A stretch of 64,000 nt of DNA, from NCBI GenBank assembly GCA_963726255.1, contig CAVSBL010000002.1:1088001-1152000 (forward strand). The letters run 5' to 3'. Positions 59,221 to 64,000 of this stretch are shown here, one piece after another (within the stretch, counting starts at the first letter, position 1; each line of letters starts with the position of its first letter). The translations under genes and the position numbers were made by a program. The notes under the pieces were generated by a model. That model was given only the letters and a program-made list of their open reading frames with translations, did no database searches and was not told the origin of the DNA. The DNA is from Candidatus Bathyarchaeota archaeon (GTDB lineage: Archaea; Thermoproteota; Bathyarchaeia; 40CM-2-53-6).

Positions 59221-60342
59221 TCAGCTGATTTCTTTCAGTTTGGCAGGCAGATATTTGTCTACGATGTAGGCCAGCCCGTATCGGCTGAAAGCTTCCTGTT
59301 CTGCCTTGCGTTTAACTTTCAGGAATGTTTCGATTTCCTTCTTCCATAGCTTTCCATTATACCTTGGATCCTTCTCGAGTTCATAGAGCCTCTTTATGTC
59401 CAGGTCCGTTAAGGGGTCGCTTGGAAGCTTGTAGTCTACGATATCAGAGGCCCATACACCCGCCCATTTAGCGTCTGGCGTGTTGAGTTCCCGGAGATGC
59501 GCCGCGTTTGCTGAGCCGGATATTATGACGTTGGCAATGTGCATACCCCAGGGGTCTGCGTCGCAGAAGATGTAGACTGGAAGTTTCAATTCTTTGTTCA
59601 ATCTCCGAAGGAGTGCCCGTGTTGCGCGCGGTGCCTGCCCGGCGGTGTGAATCAATAGGGCCTTATATTTTTCGTGAACCCTCTCTTCAATGAAGCGCGT
59701 GAATAGGCCGCCTTTCTCGATGGCAATTACCTTGTCAGCGTTGCAATCTGCAAATTCTGCGTTTGTGAGCGCTGGCCCTATCATCATTCCATCGGGGTGT
59801 GATGCAAGGTTCAGTTCTTTTCCTTCATACCCTCGGACCGTGTACTGGATGGTCAAGTCGCCGAAGATTGCGCTGCGTTCTTCGGGAAAGACGTTGAAGT
59901 CTTCTCTCGAGTAGCCGAGAACTGTTTCAAGGTCCGTTATGATGTCGTCGCTTTCAGCTTGGTCTGTGAAGCTCATTTCATATGCTTGCGCCGAATAGAA
60001 AACGTCTCTGAGGGTTGATGTTTTTCCTTCCCGTGCAAGTTCGTCGACGAAGGATCCGGTCCAGACGAGTTGTGTTAGTGGCCGAACATGTCTGATGTTT
60101 CGGGCGCTGCGCTTCACATTATGCTCGCCGAGTATGTATTGCCGGGTCTTCTCGTCATAGTGTATGTTGTTTATGGACCGGCTGGGCATTCGAACCGTGG
60201 GCCATTGTTTCTGGGAGAGTTGTTCGTAGATTTGGCTACCTAAACCCTTGAGGCTGTCTAACACTTGGCCTCTGCGTTGTTCTACTCGGCTAGTCTTGCT
60301 CGCTTTGGTCGCTTTGGTCGTCTTCACTATCTTCTTTTTCAT
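59221..60342 (-). CDS. top6A: DNA topoisomerase VI subunit A
   Basis: LRDVFY, IEK, DADPWG, KAEQEA. Confidence 0.96.
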   Translation of the reverse strand: MKKKIVKTTKATKASKTSRVEQRRGQVLDSLKGLGSQIYEQLSQKQWPTVRMPSRSINNIHYDEKTRQYILGEHNVKRSARNIRHVRPLTQLVWTGSFVDELAREGKTSTLRDVFYSAQAYEMSFTDQAESDDIITDLETVLGYSREDFNVFPEERSAIFGDLTIQYTVRGYEGKELNLASHPDGMMIGPALTNAEFADCNADKVIAIEKGGLFTRFIEERVHEKYKALLIHTAGQAPRATRALLRRLNKELKLPVYIFCDADPWGMHIANVIISGSANAAHLRELNTPDAKWAGVWASDIVDYKLPSDPLTDLDIKRLYELEKDPRYNGKLWKKEIETFLKVKRKAEQEAFSRYGLAYIVDKYLPAKLKEIS

Positions 60343-61852
60343 GCTTCAAAACACTCCTGAGCAGTGGGGAAACATCCGGAGGCTTGCCTTTCTTAGCGAG
60401 CTTAGCTGAGAACGATGCAATCTTAGGCAGGTATTTCTGGAACACATCAAGCCTGTGCTTATCATGCGCCAGGTGGATCTTTTTCGAAAGGAACAACGAG
60501 AGTCTACGCGCAACTTCGCGAACGGCGTTCAGGACCTCTCGTTCTACATCAGGTCGGTCGGCAATGAATTCCTTACCCACAGTCTTGTAGGGAACCTTTG
60601 TGGAACAGATGTGAACGAAAACTGCAATCGGCATATCTGGGGAGACTTTATAGTGTCTCCAATCAACCTCTGTGTTCACAACTTTCCATGATACGTCACT
60701 TGCCTCATCGAAGAGTAATGGAATCTTGTTCGCAAATCTGAAAAGTTTGATTCCTCCCCCGGCCTCGATTTGACCGCCATAAGCTATGCCCACTTCGACT
60801 ATGAATGGGAAACCCGCGTAAGCTGATGGCTTCCTTTGATAAACAGCAACGAACTCCGGCGCGAGCTCTTTCTTGATTCCCGCTTCAAGCAATTCCTCCC
60901 CAAGGGGTGACAAACAACTTGCGTCTGGGGCAAGGAACTTGTAATTCTTCATTGCGTTTACAATCTGAACGATTTCTTCCGGTGTCAGCTTCTTCGGGTT
61001 CTTCTTGGTGGGCAGGTCAACTTGCTGCAGGAATGAAGTTGCGATTGTTCGGCCAACTCTGTGAAAGTGGCTCTTCATGAACCCGACGAGTGTGCGTTCC
61101 TTGGTCAACTCGATAAGGCGCTTCATCGTTTCGACGTCGACGCCATAGGGGTGCGGTAGAGTTTCTTGCGGCGGTTTAGGCATTAGTAGGGTCGCACGGT
61201 CGAACCTATAGAGCCTGCCTCTCGGGTCAACGTAGGTTATGGTTGCATAGGGTGCGACGATCGCGGTTTCCATTAGGTAATCCAGAATCTTGGACATCGC
61301 ACGAGTGTAATCTGCCTCGGTGGAGAATTCGATGACGGAGCCGTGCCAATGGTTCTCGTTCGGGTGCGTCTTGTGCTTGAGAATGACCGGCTTGTTCTTT
61401 TGGATATCAATCATCAAATTGTACTGGTGTATCTTCGTTCGACCAGTACTGGACATGATTATTGCGTTTCCATGGGTCGTAATCTGGCCGTACAGTATGG
61501 CCATCTTACCGCCCAACCCGAAGGTGCCACGTGTCTGACGAAGCTTGTACTTGGAACCGAAGAGAACCTGCGCGAAGGCTGAAGGTATGATGTCGTAGGG
61601 AATCCCTATCCCGTTGTCTTCAATATGAACCCTGTAAACTCCCGGGCCATCTGTCGGCCCCGACTCGTGAGATATTCGGATGTAAATGTCAGGTGGAATC
61701 TCTCGTGTCTCACATGCGTCGAGTGAATTCTCGACTAGTTCACGGATGGTGGAGTATATCGCCCTTGTCGGATTTGTGAACCCGGCGATGTCCCGGTTGC
61801 GGTAGAAGAAATCTGCCGCCGATATTTCTTGGAATACTTCTTGGAGCGCCAT
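60290..61852 (-). CDS. top6B: DNA topoisomerase VI subunit B
   Basis: ELVENSLDA, DNGIG, GSKY, RFANKIPL. Confidence 0.97.
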   Translation of the reverse strand: MALQEVFQEISAADFFYRNRDIAGFTNPTRAIYSTIRELVENSLDACETREIPPDIYIRISHESGPTDGPGVYRVHIEDNGIGIPYDIIPSAFAQVLFGSKYKLRQTRGTFGLGGKMAILYGQITTHGNAIIMSSTGRTKIHQYNLMIDIQKNKPVILKHKTHPNENHWHGSVIEFSTEADYTRAMSKILDYLMETAIVAPYATITYVDPRGRLYRFDRATLLMPKPPQETLPHPYGVDVETMKRLIELTKERTLVGFMKSHFHRVGRTIATSFLQQVDLPTKKNPKKLTPEEIVQIVNAMKNYKFLAPDASCLSPLGEELLEAGIKKELAPEFVAVYQRKPSAYAGFPFIVEVGIAYGGQIEAGGGIKLFRFANKIPLLFDEASDVSWKVVNTEVDWRHYKVSPDMPIAVFVHICSTKVPYKTVGKEFIADRPDVEREVLNAVREVARRLSLFLSKKIHLAHDKHRLDVFQKYLPKIASFSAKLAKKGKPPDVSPLLRSVLKHEKEDSEDDQSDQSEQD

Positions 61853-61909
61853 CAGGGTTCGCCTATGTTGGTGAAGCTGGGGGATAAAGCTGATGATGGT
61901 TGCTCCGTG

Positions 61910-62488
61910 TCACGTAGGCGGCTTCTGCCATAGCTCAAGGGTTTCTCTTTTCTTGGCTTCGCTCTTTATCTTTCTAAGCAGTTTGTACACGGTGGAATGT
62001 TGTTTGCCTTTGAGCAAGAGTTCGATTGCTACCCTCGCGGCAGTCACGGTTTCGTATTCGCCTATCATAGAAATTGTGTGGCCGTAGACCGAGACTTTCG
62101 CGTCCGTCATTTCCTCTATTAGCCTGCGAATTTTGCCTTCGCGCCCAATCACTCGACCCTTAAGCCTTGAAATCTCGTTTTCGTTTCTTCCGAGTGTTTC
62201 CCTCAGGTCGATGATGTCTAGGATGATGTCGTCATCGACGAGTTCCATCGCTCGCTCGGGCGAGAAACCGCGGCCAATCGCGAGGACAACGTCGCGAGCT
62301 CGAAGGATGGTGGTTGCGTCATCAGAATTTTCTCGAGGAACGATTTCTACGACACCGCCTTGACTTTGGATTAGCAAGTGCGCCTTGAACGCATCTTCAA
62401 TTTTGCTCTTAGTCGAACCGTCCTTTCCGATGAGCACGCCCATGCGTTCGGAGGGGATTGTGGTGCTAATTCGCGTCGACATCTTCAC
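61910..62488 (-). CDS. KH-domain rRNA processing protein Dim2/Pno1
   Basis: GVLIGKDG, AIGRGF, GRVIGREG. Confidence 0.93.
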   Translation of the reverse strand: MKMSTRISTTIPSERMGVLIGKDGSTKSKIEDAFKAHLLIQSQGGVVEIVPRENSDDATTILRARDVVLAIGRGFSPERAMELVDDDIILDIIDLRETLGRNENEISRLKGRVIGREGKIRRLIEEMTDAKVSVYGHTISMIGEYETVTAARVAIELLLKGKQHSTVYKLLRKIKSEAKKRETLELWQKPPT

Positions 62489-63275
62489 TCGTCACCCACT
62501 TCGTTAATCTTTCAATCGGAGGTACGGTTACACCGATCCGCGAGAAATATTCATTCATGCGAACCAAGTCTCTTTCGAGAAACTTGCGGGCCATGGGATG
62601 TTCAGGGGGCACGGCTTGGGCGAAGTCAAAGATTACCGGCTCTAGGTCAACTATCATGATGTTATACTCACTTAGGTCACCGTGTACAAGTTGGGCTTTT
62701 TGGTAGAGCCTTTTTACAGCTTCAGCAATTTTGTCGTACACTTGGGCTGGGTGGTCTAAGGGTGTCTCCCTCAGCAGCGGAGCGGGAATACCGTTTCTTC
62801 CGATGAACTCCATAAGCAGTACGTTTCCCTCTACCTTCAATGGCATGGGGACCCGGACGCCCGCGTCACGTGCTTGTTGGAGGTTCCTGAACTCCTTCAG
62901 AGCCCAAAGGTTGACGAGCGACCTTGTGTCTTTTCTAGTGTTCTTGAACCTTTCATCGCCTTGTATGTACATCATCCTGCCGCTCACAAATCCCGCAGAC
63001 GTGGTCAAGAAAATCTTGATTGCCACTAGCTTGTTTCTTCGTCCAACTCCCCAATACAGACGTGATTCTTTTCCTGAGCGCACTACACCGTTGATGTTTC
63101 GGATGTACCCGCGGTTCAGCAAACGATATACTATCATCAGAGTCGATTTATCGAAAACCTCTTCAAGAGACTCCATCTCCTCGCTACGTTTCTTCCTCAT
63201 TAACCGGTCTACTTCGTAGCGGGCAACCCTGCGGCGTAGCTTCCGCTCAGCTACGGACTCCACTTTCCCCACCAA
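62466..63275 (-). CDS. rio1: RIO1 kinase
   Basis: SGKES, VHGDLSEYNI, FDFAQAV. Confidence 0.95.
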   Translation of the reverse strand: MVGKVESVAERKLRRRVARYEVDRLMRKKRSEEMESLEEVFDKSTLMIVYRLLNRGYIRNINGVVRSGKESRLYWGVGRRNKLVAIKIFLTTSAGFVSGRMMYIQGDERFKNTRKDTRSLVNLWALKEFRNLQQARDAGVRVPMPLKVEGNVLLMEFIGRNGIPAPLLRETPLDHPAQVYDKIAEAVKRLYQKAQLVHGDLSEYNIMIVDLEPVIFDFAQAVPPEHPMARKFLERDLVRMNEYFSRIGVTVPPIERLTKWVTSEDVDAN

Positions 63276-63296
63276 GCAATCTCATCTAAGAAAAAA

Positions 63297-63611
63297 CTAG
63301 GCAGCCAGACGACCTTGGCTTCGTAGCCAGTTTGATTGGCTTTCCGTATACCGCCAGAGAATATCTCCTCTGCTATCGGCCTGGAAGTCCCACGGAGCAA
63401 CCAGTACCGTGTCTCCGACCTTGATCCAGACTCGGCGCTTCATCTTACCTCGAATTCTGCAGACCCTCTCGTGTCCGTCCCCACACTTGACCATTAGCCT
63501 ATCATAACCCAGCATCTGGGTTACAATTCCCAGTAGCTGCCCCTCATCGGGCATGACCATTTCCCTGAGTTCGCCTTCACTCAGAACCTTCTTCTTACCC
63601 ACATTTTCCAC
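63297..63611 (-). CDS. eif1a: translation initiation factor aIF-1A
   Basis: RIRGKMKRRVWIK.GD.VLV.PWDFQ. Confidence 0.96.
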   Translation of the reverse strand: MENVGKKKVLSEGELREMVMPDEGQLLGIVTQMLGYDRLMVKCGDGHERVCRIRGKMKRRVWIKVGDTVLVAPWDFQADSRGDILWRYTESQSNWLRSQGRLAA

Positions 63612-63692
63612 CGAAGTTTCGTCGCGCCTATATTCCGACCAGCCTAAATAAGCCTACAGCCCACCGCAAGCAAACAGACCGCTCAGCGCCAT

Positions 63693-63992
63693 TCACATTC
63701 TGATCATCTGGACGTGCGGCACCCCGCCGATACGGAGAATCGCGGATGGGTCGACAAAACCCCCTTGAACCGCCGCTTCAACTATGCCCTCGCCCACCAG
63801 GTTCGCTATGTCTGCCCCGTCAATGGCCTGCAGCGCTTCAGGAATGCTAGTGGAAACGCCCTTGTAGAAATCAACCTTCACTTCGAGCTTCAACTTTCCC
63901 TCACGAAATGTTGCCCCGAGAAGTTCCGAATCACAAACGGCCACGAGGGTGTACTTTGCGTCTTTGAAGATTCGAAGAGAGACTTTGCTCAC
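63693..63992 (-). CDS. DUF424 family protein
   Basis: VAVCD.ELLG, FYKG, ANLVG, GVPHVQ. Confidence 0.9.
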   Translation of the reverse strand: MSKVSLRIFKDAKYTLVAVCDSELLGATFREGKLKLEVKVDFYKGVSTSIPEALQAIDGADIANLVGEGIVEAAVQGGFVDPSAILRIGGVPHVQMIRM

Positions 63993-64000
63993 GCGGGGGC

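Noticed and set aside
1-64000. CRISPR array, rRNA, intact transposase or defence system
   Set aside because: No regularly spaced repeats or diagnostic motifs found by eye

Overview
This is archaeal chromosomal DNA, probably from a TACK lineage such as Bathyarchaeia. That placement is inferred from gene content (thermosome, ABCE1, SMC-ScpAB, Topo VI, RIO1, aIF1A, Rps8e, SRP19) and the many TTG/GTG starts. Bases 1-5.6 kb are an accessory region at a tRNA-Ile(CAU): an integrase remnant, several tRNA-3'-end (att) copies, a duplicated ~150-bp element, and hemerythrin/PAS/cupin cargo. The rest is mostly core genes, plus a glycosyltransferase cluster and an amino-acid-fermentation/hyp cluster. The strongest signal is in the RNA genes. 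All three complete tRNAs are multiply interrupted: tRNA-Glu(CUC) has four BHB-type introns, tRNA-Asn(GUU) has three and tRNA-Ile(CAU) has two. The two tRNAs with an intron next to the acceptor stem (8/9, 10/11) each carry a second copy of their own 5' acceptor strand just upstream, which suggests a decoy-leader folding mechanism for splicing. Other leads: a structured C/D-like ncRNA, an unannotated acidic Trp-repeat peptide before ABCE1, a CBS+HPF-like hibernation factor, a DUF6390/HypC(H->Q) pair and a TrmB gene with no canonical start codon. All calls were made by eye; no database searches were run.
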